NCBI RefSeq assembly: GCF_000315625.1
Contig: NW_005434645.1
Location: forward strand, 233,925-297,924
DNA length: 64,000 bases
Direction of reading: 5' to 3'
DNA from: Guillardia theta CCMP2712
Taxonomy: Eukaryota > Protista > Cryptophyta
In this document: piece after piece, positions 18,821 through 29,906 of the stretch
How positions within the stretch are numbered: the stretch's first letter is position 1
How the letters are laid out: the number at the start of each line of letters is the position of its first letter
Notes under the pieces: generated by a model
What the model was told of the DNA's origin: nothing
Database searches by the model: none
The model's input: only the letters and a program-made list of their open reading frames with translations
Program-made: the position numbers and the translations under genes

Positions 18821-21800
18821 TCACTCCTCCACCACATTCTCCGGAACATTGTTCTCGACGATGGATGGCCAGGGATCGTTCTCATTTGCATCCCCCGTGA
18901 ATCTGAAGATCCGATCGGGAACATACCGTGGGCAGTCATCTCCCTCGAGGTCCTGGTGGAGGGTCAGAGAAGAGCAGGAGGGTACAGACTTCCTCTTGCT
19001 ACCTGGATGCCTCCCGACGGCCCGTCGTCCCCATCAGCGAAGGGCAGGGGATCATCGAAGCCGATGTAATTGAAGCATCGCCTGCACAACAAACATGAGA
19101 TCTTCAGCACCTCCTCCTCTCCCCCGTGCTTGTTCCTCCTCCTCTCGGCTCCCCATCTCTTCCTCCTTCGCCTTCCCCTCCTGTTCACCTTCTCCAGCTC
19201 AGTGGCATGAAAGACTCGATCTCAATGCACGTAATTGTCCTATCGCTAGCATCAGGCATCTTCGAGCCGCAGCAGGAAATGTGCAAACCTGTTCCTCATT
19301 GCAAACCCATCCTTGCCCTCGTTGAGCTTGTCGTAGGTGATGGTCAGCTGAGCGATGAGGATGTTGAGCAGACCAATAGTGATGCAACTGCACGAAACAG
19401 CCGTAAGGGGAAGATGAGAACAGGAGGGGATGAGCAATCGGAAGAAACTCCGAGGAGTGTGAAGACTCACGTCACGAAGATGAGGAGGAGCGCCCTAGTA
19501 AACGAGCCAATGGTGCTGTAGTTCGGGGAGGAGATGCCCACAATCTTTTGAGGGAAAGCATCAGGCTTTGCGAGCTCAGCACGGCAGTTCTTACAGTCTG
19601 GAAAAGCACGACCAGACTCGTGTCCAGGCCCTCGTTGAAGGGTCCCTCAGCTAGGATTGAAAGAGCACTTCCAAACGCTGCGATGCAAGTCAGGAATGTA
19701 TGTGTTGCAAGCAGGGAGCCACACCCGCCAACAAGACAAGGATCATGAAGAGGGAATGGCTGATGTCGTGCAACATGATGCCAATGGTGTAGGTGAAGGC
19801 AGCCATAGGAGTCGACAGGATGCTGATCTGTTGGGTAGAGTGAGATTCTCCACTATCCGAGGAATTCCTCGTTACCTGGAACACTTGGACCCACAGGAAG
19901 ACGGCAGAGATGGCCTGGATCACTTTCGTACTGTTGATGGTATCATCTGTCTCGGCATCGACTGAAGTTGCGCGATCAGTTGCAACAGCTGGAAGTCAGA
20001 TGGAGGTTCACCTGCTGGTGTTGTGCAAGGGCCCCCAGAAGGACAGTCGTTCTCCTCACAATTCTGAATCAAGGATCAAAATCTCCAACGGAGGGTTTCT
20101 CTCATTCTTACCCGTGTGGCGTAGGTAATGATGATCAACAAGCACGACACAACTCGTAGGATATTCCAAATATTCCAGAAGTATCTGCAAGCCGGTCAGA
20201 TGGAAGACGTCTCCTATTTGAGTGACATGGCAACAGCACTATACCTCGGAAGGTGTAAAACGCAAAAGCCGAGGTTGAGGGGAAGATACATCTTCCTGAC
20301 AATTTGAAAACAGAAGATCCAGAGCTAATCAAACGCGATTAATGTCCTGCTGTGGATGGATGAAATATTCACCTGAATCGCCAGCGAGAAGACAGTGGCA
20401 ACCATAAGAGCGATTCGAATAGACTGAGCAGAAACAAAGTTATCTGGATGTTGAAAGAACTGACCGCACTCACCTCGGACTTGTGGTGGCATCCGGAACT
20501 GTCTGCCACGATTTCCCACATGAACAAGAAGAGCATAACCATGTAGCTGAGCTCCTTGAAGAAGAAGATCCTCAGGCCAAAGAGCTGCCACTTCAACTCG
20601 AATGTCTTGCGGACGGCAGGGTGTTGGAAGCACTCTTGATCACCTTCGAAGCAACGTCAGCCATCTTCTCCTTCAAGGTTCGTGTTCTCTGTTGTGAAAT
20701 ACCAAGCTCGACAAGCCAGGCGAGCGGAGAGATCCATGGATCCTTGCTTTGGTCCGGATCGCCGTACAGGTCTTTGATGTAGTAGTTCACTTTGACCTGA
20801 ACTACCAGTCAGTCCTATGGCAGACATGCCACAATGAAGCGACCTTTCTTCCTGCAAACTTCTGCTTGGAATGCCACAGAAGGCCGTCGAGCAGGACTTG
20901 AACCAGCGATCCACTCTCTCTCGCGAGAGTCTCGACTAGATCAGGATGATACTGAAACATCTCCTGTTCAGAAAGGAAGGTGACTGAAGATCTTAAACGA
21001 TAAACAACAGCAAGAGCGAGACCTGTCGTCCGTAGTAGTACCCATGGATGTCCGCTCTGATCGTCAAGAGATCACTGTTCATACAACGTCAAACTCAACT
21101 GTCATCTGAGCTCTTCAAACCTCAAAATGAACTCCACGAGTGGGTACTTGCCATCGTGCAACGCCCAGTACAACGGCGAGAGGGTGGCTCCATTGATATT
21201 CAACTGCTTGGAATCAGCTCCAAAATCACCACCTGCAGCGATCTCACCTCACACAACCATTTGGCTCTCTGGTTGCGAGGTGAACAAGCAACGGCATCCC
21301 GCAACTCATCCACGTCTCCATCGACCAGCGCGTGGGTGATACCGTTGCCTCCGAGGTTCAGGCCGCGAGACATGCTGTTTGCTGCTCGCTTCCACATCTA
21401 GACAAGTTGTCAGACGTAACAGTGCCTGCTCTGGCAATCGATGCATCGAAACCTCTTTCCATGCCTTTTCAGACTTTTCAGTCCATGATTCCGCTAAAAT
21501 CTGTGACGCACATCAGGCAATCAGGCAAAATAAAGTCAAGAACGCACCTCCTCCAACATAGCGATCACTGCTTGTCCAAATGGACTGAGGTACTCCGCTC
21601 GGACACCATAACGAATGTGTCGCACTGTCAACTCGAACAGATTTTTGAAGAATTCCTTTTGAACGTGCGTCAGCTTTTAACCACTTTCAAGAGTTCAACT
21701 CAGCACCTCGGGATCGGTGATGCTCACGATGAGCATGTTGACAATGTGATGGACAAGGGTTCCCCACCTGAACATGCACAATGTTCAGTTGCGCTGCAAG

Positions 21801-24800
21801 GCAGGTGAACTTCCAGTATACATCTTCAACGAGCGTCGGAAGAGATGGGTCTGCTCAGGAGCCTGGAGGGTGCAAGTCATATGACAAAACTCAGGCACAA
21901 ATGACGAACCAGCTCGTTGAGATGCTTCCAGAACAGTTGACCGAGCTCCTGTCGCAATGACCGAAATCAAAATCATCAACTGGGGAAGTACTTCTGCTGA
22001 CCTCTTCCTTGCATTTCTCCTTCACGGCGTTCCAGTCATTCCAGACAACCTGATTCATGTTGGAATCATGACCCTCTAGATCGCGGGAAAACGCCTGCGG
22101 GGGTACAAATAAGCTCTTTGTGCAAGAGACCATAGAGATCGCCTACATCCATGTTCATCCTCCACAGCCAACGGAGCGCCAGAGTCAAGTTTTCATTCCA
22201 ACTGAACATTCCAAGTCAGAGTGCAATACTATTGTGAAAACAGTCAAGGTCTCATACCGTGACCCCAACGTGTCAGCAATTGCAAGCTCTATCGCCTCAG
22301 CAATTGAAGACAGGTGATCGCTCCTTATTCCACTGCAAAGAACGTCAGTCAATAAACCTTGGAACAAATAACACTCAAAGTTACCAATCATAAAACTTTG
22401 GAGAGAATATGTAGACTTTCTCAATCTGCTTCTCCGGTTGCCAGACCAGCGCAGTCACTTCAATCAAGAATGAATAGACTGTGTTAATGAGTTCCTGGTA
22501 TTCGATCAGCATTCGAATAGACTGCAAATTACCAGTATACCTCCTCTTCTTCATGGAACTTGTTTACAACAAGTTTCGAATCAGTGTGGGTTTCTGGACA
22601 ACGCAACCACGATCAGTCAAGACAACTGAACGCACACGGAAAAATGTATATACCCTCTCCGTTAGATTTGCTTTTGTTGAGTTGGAGAACAGAAGAAAAG
22701 AACTGAAAATCCGCAGTGAGACAATACTGTAACATACTCCCACCTTACCGCGTCAGATTGAATATTGCGCATAGATTTCCCACCCAATCTCTTCTGGGAA
22801 TTCTGCTGCAATTTTTCGTTGGCCTCGGCTACTTTGTGCTCGCGCACCATCTTCTGGAATCGAAGCCTGCTATTTTCGAATGCGCTGCGGAACAGATGTG
22901 GGCAGAGCTTTGCAAGCGCGGTACGAAGACACTGCTTCAACCTCCTCTCATTGGCTGGGTCTCGGATGAGTTCAGACGCTTCATGCAAAGGCGCCGCGTA
23001 GTCTTCGCCCTCTCGGATGGCCTCTGCCATGTTTTCGCAAACCATTCGGAAGATTGTCCCCCATGATTTCTCAACTTCCTCAGTCCAGGCATCCTCAGCA
23101 GCGTCGGCGAGAGCATTCATGATCACGGGTCCGATCAAAGGAATGTGATGAGGCCTCACATGATAATTAACATGTCGTAGCCCGAGCCATGCCACTTGTT
23201 GCTTCATATCGTCTGGTTCATCTGCAAACGAAACAAGCATCCCGAGTGTATCACCCATCTTGACAGCCATGTAATCACGTGGCTTGTTGAATAGGGAGGC
23301 TGCACTCGGGGCCAGCTTAAAGAGACCATCATAGATCATCCCTCCAAGATCACTTGCAGTATATTTCTCAGATATGGTGTCCCAGGAATCTCGCACAAGA
23401 CCAAGAGTCGAACTCACGTCTTTCAATGACTGCTCTAGCGCCTCTGCCAGGAAAGACCACATCCATGTCCACGCTCTGTGCTCTTCAGTAGTGAAATCTT
23501 TGCCCAGAGCTGTTGAAAACACACCTAAAATGATTTTTTGCATGATGGGCATTTGACTCTGGTGCACGCCTTTGCGATGATGCATTGGTGCCAATTCTGC
23601 GATCTTGAAGTATATGCTGGCCGGAGAATGTATGTTGTCAACAATGCTGGAAAGCATGTCAACGAACTTTGTACCTTGAACTGCAGCATTTGTGAAGCGA
23701 AACATTGGTTCAAGATGTTCATCGTCTCTCACAGACTCATAGATCATGCATCCCAAATCAGCATACGACACTTTCTTGATCAACTTTTCCCATGACTGGG
23801 CAACAAATTCTGCATGATATTTCCATTCCTCCGCGTCAATAATAGGTGCTTTGCTGGCCTTCAAGCCTGCCCTCTTGCGCCTCTGACGCCCGCTCCTGAA
23901 AACACCTCCTGCAGATTTGAGATTCGTTCCAGATCTCCTTGAACTGGAAACAGTTGGCGCCTGACGCGACGATGCCAACGAATGTGTGGAGCGCGATCTA
24001 ACGGATCTGGGGGATTCACATGCTTGTTCCGGCGCAGTATAGAATTCTCTGGAATTGCTGAATGGATCTGTCTTCCTTGCATGCCCTTCTCCATTTCCCG
24101 ATTGTCCATTCATGTTGGCGAAAATGTTTTCGATGGAGCTTCGACGGCGGTTCCGATCTCCGGAGCTTGATGTGCTGTTTTTCCTTGAGGAATTCTTGGC
24201 ATCCCTAGGCTTTTCCAGACCATTGCCATTCTTGTAAGCTTCGGAGATCGCCATGAATGGACAAGACCCTCCACTATTCATGTCCACACCAACATGTAGT
24301 TCCGCCAACCGATCTTGTTTGCCGGAATGAGCCCTGCCAGAACTGCTTGTGCGTCCTATAGAGCCAGTGGACGAAGTTCGCTTGAAGAGATCAAAACCAC
24401 TCGACGGGATCCTTGGAAATGAACCAGACGAAGTCCTACCGAACTCCTGGTTCTGCAGCTTCGTCGTCAAGGAGCCATCAGATGAAGTTCGCCTGAATTC
24501 ATCCGATTCAGTCGTTTTAAATGGTTCCAAGCTCTTTTCGATATCTTCCCATCCAGATTTGTTATCATGTGCGTTGGCACTATGAGGGCTTGCAAGGTCA
24601 TCAGCCTCAGCGCTTGAGTCGCGTACTCGCTGGGTCTCATCGGAATCCCAGCTAGTCTGCTCCTTCTCCTCTTCCAAGACATCGAGCGTCTCGAAAGTGT
24701 ATCCATGTATGTCCTTCAGATTCGGGATCTCGGAACCCCCCAAGATCACAGAGGCGGACAGCGAGGCCACGCCTGGATGATATATCTTGTCCTTTCCATC

Positions 24801-25495
24801 ATGATGATGGTCATTACCATTCTTATCCTTCTTCGAGCGATGAATAAAGGTTATGATCTCCTTGCTCGGTTTGGGCGAAAGGGGTTTCTCAGTCTCGTCT
24901 GATACGGGACTATCCTTCGAAGCTTCCTTGCCAATTGGAGACTTGCGGTTTCCGTGTTTGGGCGAATCGCTTCTTTCGCCGCTCTGTCCAGTCGGACTTT
25001 TCCTTCGGCTAAACAATGTAGCATCTGCTTTCGATTTGCTTTGTTCTTTGTTCTTGGGTGAACTTTCATTGCCCATGTTGCTTGCAGTCAGCTCACTGAT
25101 AAAATCACCAGCGTACAAAGCAGGGAGCTCTTCAAAGGCCATGTTACTGTGGATCCGAAAGAATTTTTCCGTTGCATCCTTCGAGGCAAAGTGCTTGATG
25201 GTGAACTCTCCTCCGGGATGCCTTGGCAAGAATGGAGTCACATCAAACACAAATCCTTCAATGATGATCATGGTTCTCCCATCCTCTTGGGCATGGTTTA
25301 GCTGCTCTTGATTCCACTTTGGGTTGTGCAGCGCATCCCTGCGCGCATTTATGGCTTGGCGTATCGACTCTGACAGCATCGCGGTTGGTTGTCGAACAAC
25401 AACCTGCAAAGCACAGAATCACTTTCGGGCTTCAAACTCATGCTGTCGAAGACATTCAGCTGCTCTTCATCTACATCAGAACGAACTATGCTCAT
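18821..25495 (-). CDS. cytochrome b5 + four globin domains + ankyrin-like linker + TRP(V)-like six-TM cation channel (~30 exons)
   Basis: b5: VFDVTPFLPRHPGG...DATEKFFRIHS. Globin F-helix segments: LAPMHHRKGV, LGLRHVNYHV, FSPKFYDCGI, LTVRHIRYGV. Pre-S1: HPAVRKTFELKWQLFG. S2-S3: PRYFWNIWNILRVV. Pore: LFQTIVGISP. S6: GLLNILIAQL. TRP helix: FAMRNRTITCIEIESFMP. All are joined in frame through GT-AG introns starting at the donor at 22748. Confidence 0.85.
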
Positions 25496-26799
25496 AGAAC
25501 CGCATCTACATCCCTCCATCCCCATCCCTCACATCCCTGACTGCCGCAGTCGCTGCGTCCCTGCATTGAACCCTGTGTTGAGTCCCTTTGTTGCTGTTTC
25601 ACTACTACCTCTCCCAACCCCACCCCCACCCCAAAAACGTCAATTGTCCGAGCCTACCCCTGTGGACAGAGACACTCCAGACTAGTAACCCCACCCCACC
25701 CCTTGGCCAAGATAAATGCTCCGACTTCTTAGGGAATACCCACCTCACGATATCTTGATCACTTTTCCCATACCCCCGAAAATACCTGAAAGTACCCACC
25801 ACCGGTCATGAGTAACACCTACATACTCAACACCCACCCCGCCGTTTCGAGAGGGCGGAGTAGTACCAGGTGTACACCCTAGTAAAGTGGGCAAAAGGGG
25901 GGACATAGGGTGGGGTACAATTGCCTGGCTGGAGGAATATTTCACCAGGTGGAGGAACATGGGATGACCCAACGGCCAGATGTTTTAGTTAGGCGTAAAC
26001 GTGTGCCATGACAGTCAGGGGTGGGGACGTATCCCTGGGACCATGGCGGGTGGGGGGTACTTTTGTCGGTCAAAGTATGAGGAGTGTGGTCCTGTCCAAC
26101 AAGGTCTTGGAGGGGGTAGGGGTGAAAAACCTAGGGGGTAGTGTCAGGGAGATTCCCAATCATGGTTTTGACTGACACGCACGGGATCGCAAGACTTTGC
26201 GAAACCACTCATTTCTGGAAACGTCCAATTCGAAAAGATGTCTTTCCCCTCAGTTTTATACTGAATTTTGGTGAAGAAACCCCATTTTCCCACCCTTTCG
26301 CGCATACTCGTATCCGCGGGCTGTTCTAAAATAAGACTTGTATCATTTACGACCGTCCAGCCCGGCCTCCATGGACCCCTCCTCCGATCTCACGAACCCC
26401 ACCCAGATGTAAAAGGAGCACTTGTACTAGACAGCGGGGTCACGAGGTAACGACATTTCCGCAGATCAATCTCGGTCCATTTTAAAGGGTCTCACTGCGA
26501 ACGGTACTGCCCGTACAAATGAGGCGCGCAACTGTACCAATGATTCCGAGTCCGTACTAGCAAAGCTACCACGCCGCTATACGTGTTGGAGTATTGCGGT
26601 ACAACGTGGGCTGTCACCCGGCGTCGGTCACGTAATCTACTTCATTGTGCGGCGTCTGGAGACTCTGATCAGGGGCCTCGTCAATACACATATAGACATA
26701 GTAGTGATGAGCGCTGGCGGACTCAATCCGTCCGACCGTCGGGCTTGCGAGGTGCTGAAAAAAATTTACACAAAGAGTCGTTCATGTTCGACTGAGAGA

Positions 26800-26895
26800 G
26801 TCGTGACTGCGCGCATTCAAGTGAAATCAGTTAAGTTTGGGGGACAGCAGTGGGCAAGATTAGGGCTGGTTCTTACTGTCTTTTCTCTTCTGATT
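26800..26895 (-). repeat. dispersed non-coding repeat (MITE-like family A), inverted copy
   Basis: 26825-26850 is the exact reverse complement of 60101-60126. The adjoining sequence is the reverse complement of agaagagaaaagacag(c/t)(g/a)agaacca, as at 29870, 51360 and 60044. Confidence 0.75.
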
Positions 26896-26955
26896 TTTAA
26901 AACTTCAGTTCGACTCGCCATTGACCCTGGCACGCCGGGGTCAAGTCAATGGGAT

Positions 26956-27265
26956 TTGCCAAAACATCAAATGCTCTTCGCTTGAGTGTGGCCAGAAGAC
27001 CAAGGACTGAGAAGTTCAATACACTCCGATGTCAACTTGATCGGCTGAGTTGCGCCTGTCAGTGTTGTGGCACTAGTAATGTCATCGCACACAATCGGTC
27101 AGTGCTAACAGGGAGGGGAAGCTTGCAGGGTAATCTCTTGGAAGATCAAGAGTAGTAGGCCGGAACAGTCAAACAAGAACGGAATCCTCTGTGTATGGGA
27201 GATGAAGTCACGGAGGTCAATGAAAGTCTCATTGGGCAGGGGACGGTTTTGAACTTGTGGACAAC
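26956..27265 (+). repeat. diverged direct duplicate of 29997-30256
   Basis: Shared blocks in the same order: ttgccaa.acatcaaatgctct, agttgcgcct, gaagcttgca, tcttg.aagatcaagag.agtag, cctctgtgtatgggaga, gaggtcaat, ttttgaact..t.gacaac. Confidence 0.8.
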
Positions 27266-27362
27266 TTACAGGCTTTCTTTCTCCAACGACAAAATATCGT
27301 TTGGATGAGGGTGGAGTGCAGAGGAGAGCAATGATTCAGCGAGGTAGAGTACTTCAAGTGAG

Positions 27363-27430
27363 GTGCTGATGCCAAAAAACAGCGTGGGAAGGGGAGGCAC
27401 AGAAGCTCGAGGCTTCGATCACTTACCATC
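27363..27430 (+). pseudogene. 68-bp relic of a paralog of the Ubl-NACHT-WD40 gene N-terminus
   Basis: 60/68 identical to 31257-31324 and encodes ADAKKQRGKGRHRSSRLRSL(T/S)I. Confidence 0.8.
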
Positions 27431-27499
27431 CAAGCTTACTCAGCTGAGTGCGGTACGATCCCGGACGGTATGAAGTAACAGTTGCGGCTTCGGAGCCCT

Positions 27500-29468
27500 T
27501 CAGCCGTCGTGGCTCCGCTCGAGTCTCGCCCTCTCCGGCGAGTAACCTGCGGGGCCCAAGGCTGACTTGATCCACTCGCAGTTGTCGTTCTCCAACGATA
27601 TGACGGTTAGAGGAGGTTCCTCCGTCTTCACCTCAGCGCACGCGACCGACAGGACGTGAGGGCCGTGCTCGGGGGCCGTCCTGCCTCCTTCGATCCACTG
27701 CTCGGGCTGACAACAGCACAGAGAGCACATCATGATGGAGAATGCGAGCTGAAAGATGAAGAGGATCAGACTCAAGCTCGCGATCGCCCGTGCACTCCCA
27801 GCTAACGTCTTGCAGAAGCCTTGACCCGTGTATCGCTGGTGTAAATCTGCCATAATGGCCCGAGGTCAGCGATCCCTGAAGCATGAGCAAGCTATTCTTA
27901 CCGCACTCCCAATCGGACGCCAGGGCGAGACTCAGGGCTGCTGACCCTCCTCCCAAACAGCTGAGGATACCGAGGATGAGGACTGCGAGAAGTAAACCCC
28001 CGAAAACCTTGCTCTTGTACTTGCTGGTGAACACTCCCGTGGCTCCGAAGAACAAGGGGAAAATTGCTGGGATCAAACCGCACAATCCCAAGGATGTGAG
28101 CAGCGCTTTCGCTGCGTTGCGGTGGCTTTCACATAAACGTAGGCTCGAATAAGAGACCACCGAAGATGACGATGAGGTTGACGACGATGAGGTTGACGAC
28201 GATGAGGTTGACGACGATGAGGTTGACGACGATGAGGTGGACGACGATGAGGTGGACGACGATGAGGTGGACATTGAGGAGGAATACTGCCCACTCTGAT
28301 ACCCAGCATTATATCCGGAGTCGTGGACGGAGCTCAGGTCCAGGTTGTAGCTCGAAGTCAGGTGCCCTGCTGCTACCTGGCTGTTGTAGTCCCCGGAGAT
28401 CAGTCCGGAGGAGTAGGTTGTCGGCGAGGAAGGACAGCAGACAGCCACGTCTTCGCTGTGTACGCAATCATGGGAAGCCCACCCTCCAAAGGAGCATGAC
28501 GTAAGCTGCGACTCGCTGCCGCTGCATGACACTTGATCCATCCAGATGGTTCCGGTCCCTCCCCCGAAGGAGCCAACCGACATCGCGTACGTTGTCGTAC
28601 ATCCGACTTGCCTGCAGACTACTTGTGCGTCTGGGCTCGAGAAGTCGTCGTCACAAACCGTTCCCCATGCTCCGTTGTGCTGCACCTCCACCCGACAACA
28701 TCCGGCTGTGTTGCATGCTGCAAGTCTCAGCCCCCCTATGGAGACTCCCTGTAAATTTCTCGTGCACGAGCCTGCTGTGCTGGCGCTGTCATGTATGAGC
28801 TGGCCTGTGCTGTATCCCGAGTTGTGTCCAGCTTGGAAGCCTGCGTTGTATCCTGTGTTGAAGCCCGAGTAGCTACCGATATCGAACCCGCTGCAGTACC
28901 CCGAATTGTACCCCGAGTTATATCCTATGTTGTACCCCATGTTGTAACTCGAGGAGTACCCAGACAAGTCTAAACTTGTATCCAGGTTGTATCCCGAGTT
29001 GTATCCATAGTTGTACGTTGTCGAGTATTTGCCGCTAGAGTAGTATATCGAGGAGTATCCGCTGTTGCTGTATGTCAAGGACTGTGGGTTGTCGTAGTAA
29101 CCCGTGTTGTAACCTGTGTTGTACCCGTAGTTGTAGCCTGAATTGTAAGTGTACACGAACTTCGACTCGTATCCTGTATTGTATCCTCTGTTGTACCCCC
29201 TGTTGTATCCATTGTCATAACCCCTGTTGAACCCAGAGTCGTATCCTAAGTTGGAGATGGAGGTTGAGGGAGATGAGGAGGGGGGCGAGGAGGAGGGGGG
29301 CGAGGAGGAGGAGGAAGGAGAGGAGAAAGAGGACGACGCAAGAGCCTCGTCGCATCTCTGTACTTGGTAAGCTGCCGGGACTATGCCCGCGATGAACAGT
29401 CCGAGGCCAAGAACGATGTTCACGATGCTCATGGGCAGTACAAAACGCATGGTTGGTTTGCGCATCAT
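27500..29468 (-). CDS. four-TM (CD20/MS4A-like topology) protein with GYN repeats, an SRCR domain and Ser-rich tracts in the first loop; intron 27847-27901
   Basis: SRCR: RVEVQHNGAWGTVCDDDFSSPDAQVVCRQVGC...IWMDQVSC...HDCVHSEDVAVCC. Four hydrophobic helices; the fourth comes from ORF 27500-27853, reached by a GT-AG intron. Confidence 0.85.
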
Positions 29469-29778
29469 GGTTGGAGAGAGCAAAGCCGATGTGTGTGAGG
29501 GAGCTTGAGCGAGTTTGTTGGTCGGTGAGGCTTGGAGAAGAGGATGAAGGGGCAGGAGGGCAGCTGTAAACTACCCCACCCCTCCTCACTTCGCCATGAT
29601 GCGGTCAGATGGCTGGTCAGTCTGACGTAGGCGGATCATGAGGGATCACTGATGCACGAAATGTCAAGGTTTCGCTTTCCGGTGCTCTATGCGGTGCCGG
29701 GGCTCTCGAGTGTTAAGCCTTTCTTACGTAAGTGTGTCATACCGTAGCACGTCGCTGAGTCGGCAAACTTGACCCTTT

Positions 29779-29906
29779 CTTTACTCAAAGTTAAGTTAAA
29801 GATCAGTACGAGGACAATCAGGAGAGTCGAGGAGGCTTGACCCTGACACTGTCGCACTAGCCAAACGGAGAGGACAAAAGACAGCGAGAACCAAACCTAA
29901 TCTTGA
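29779..29906 (+). repeat. dispersed repeat family A copy
   Basis: ctttactcaaagttaagttaaa...gtacgaggacaatcaggagag.cgaggaggcttgaccctgacactgtcgcac...aaagacagcgagaaccaaacc, near-identical to 59952-60075. Confidence 0.85.

Noticed and set aside
22662-25409. 915-aa ORF as a stand-alone b5-diglobin protein
   Set aside because: Its first codon lies in a splice acceptor and its tail is read-through past a GTAAG donor at 22748. The spliced frame continues and completes globin 3.
26150-26800. Short ORFs as a possible transposase remnant
   Set aside because: No recognisable catalytic motif or terminal repeat; left unassigned.
27633-27900. Apparent frameshift at the end of the SRCR ORF
   Set aside because: Explained by a 55-nt GT-AG intron at 27847-27901.
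28790-29250. Regular GYN-coding repeats as a CRISPR-like array
   Set aside because: They are degenerate 12-bp coding repeats with no constant repeat/unique spacer structure, in a eukaryotic context with no cas genes.
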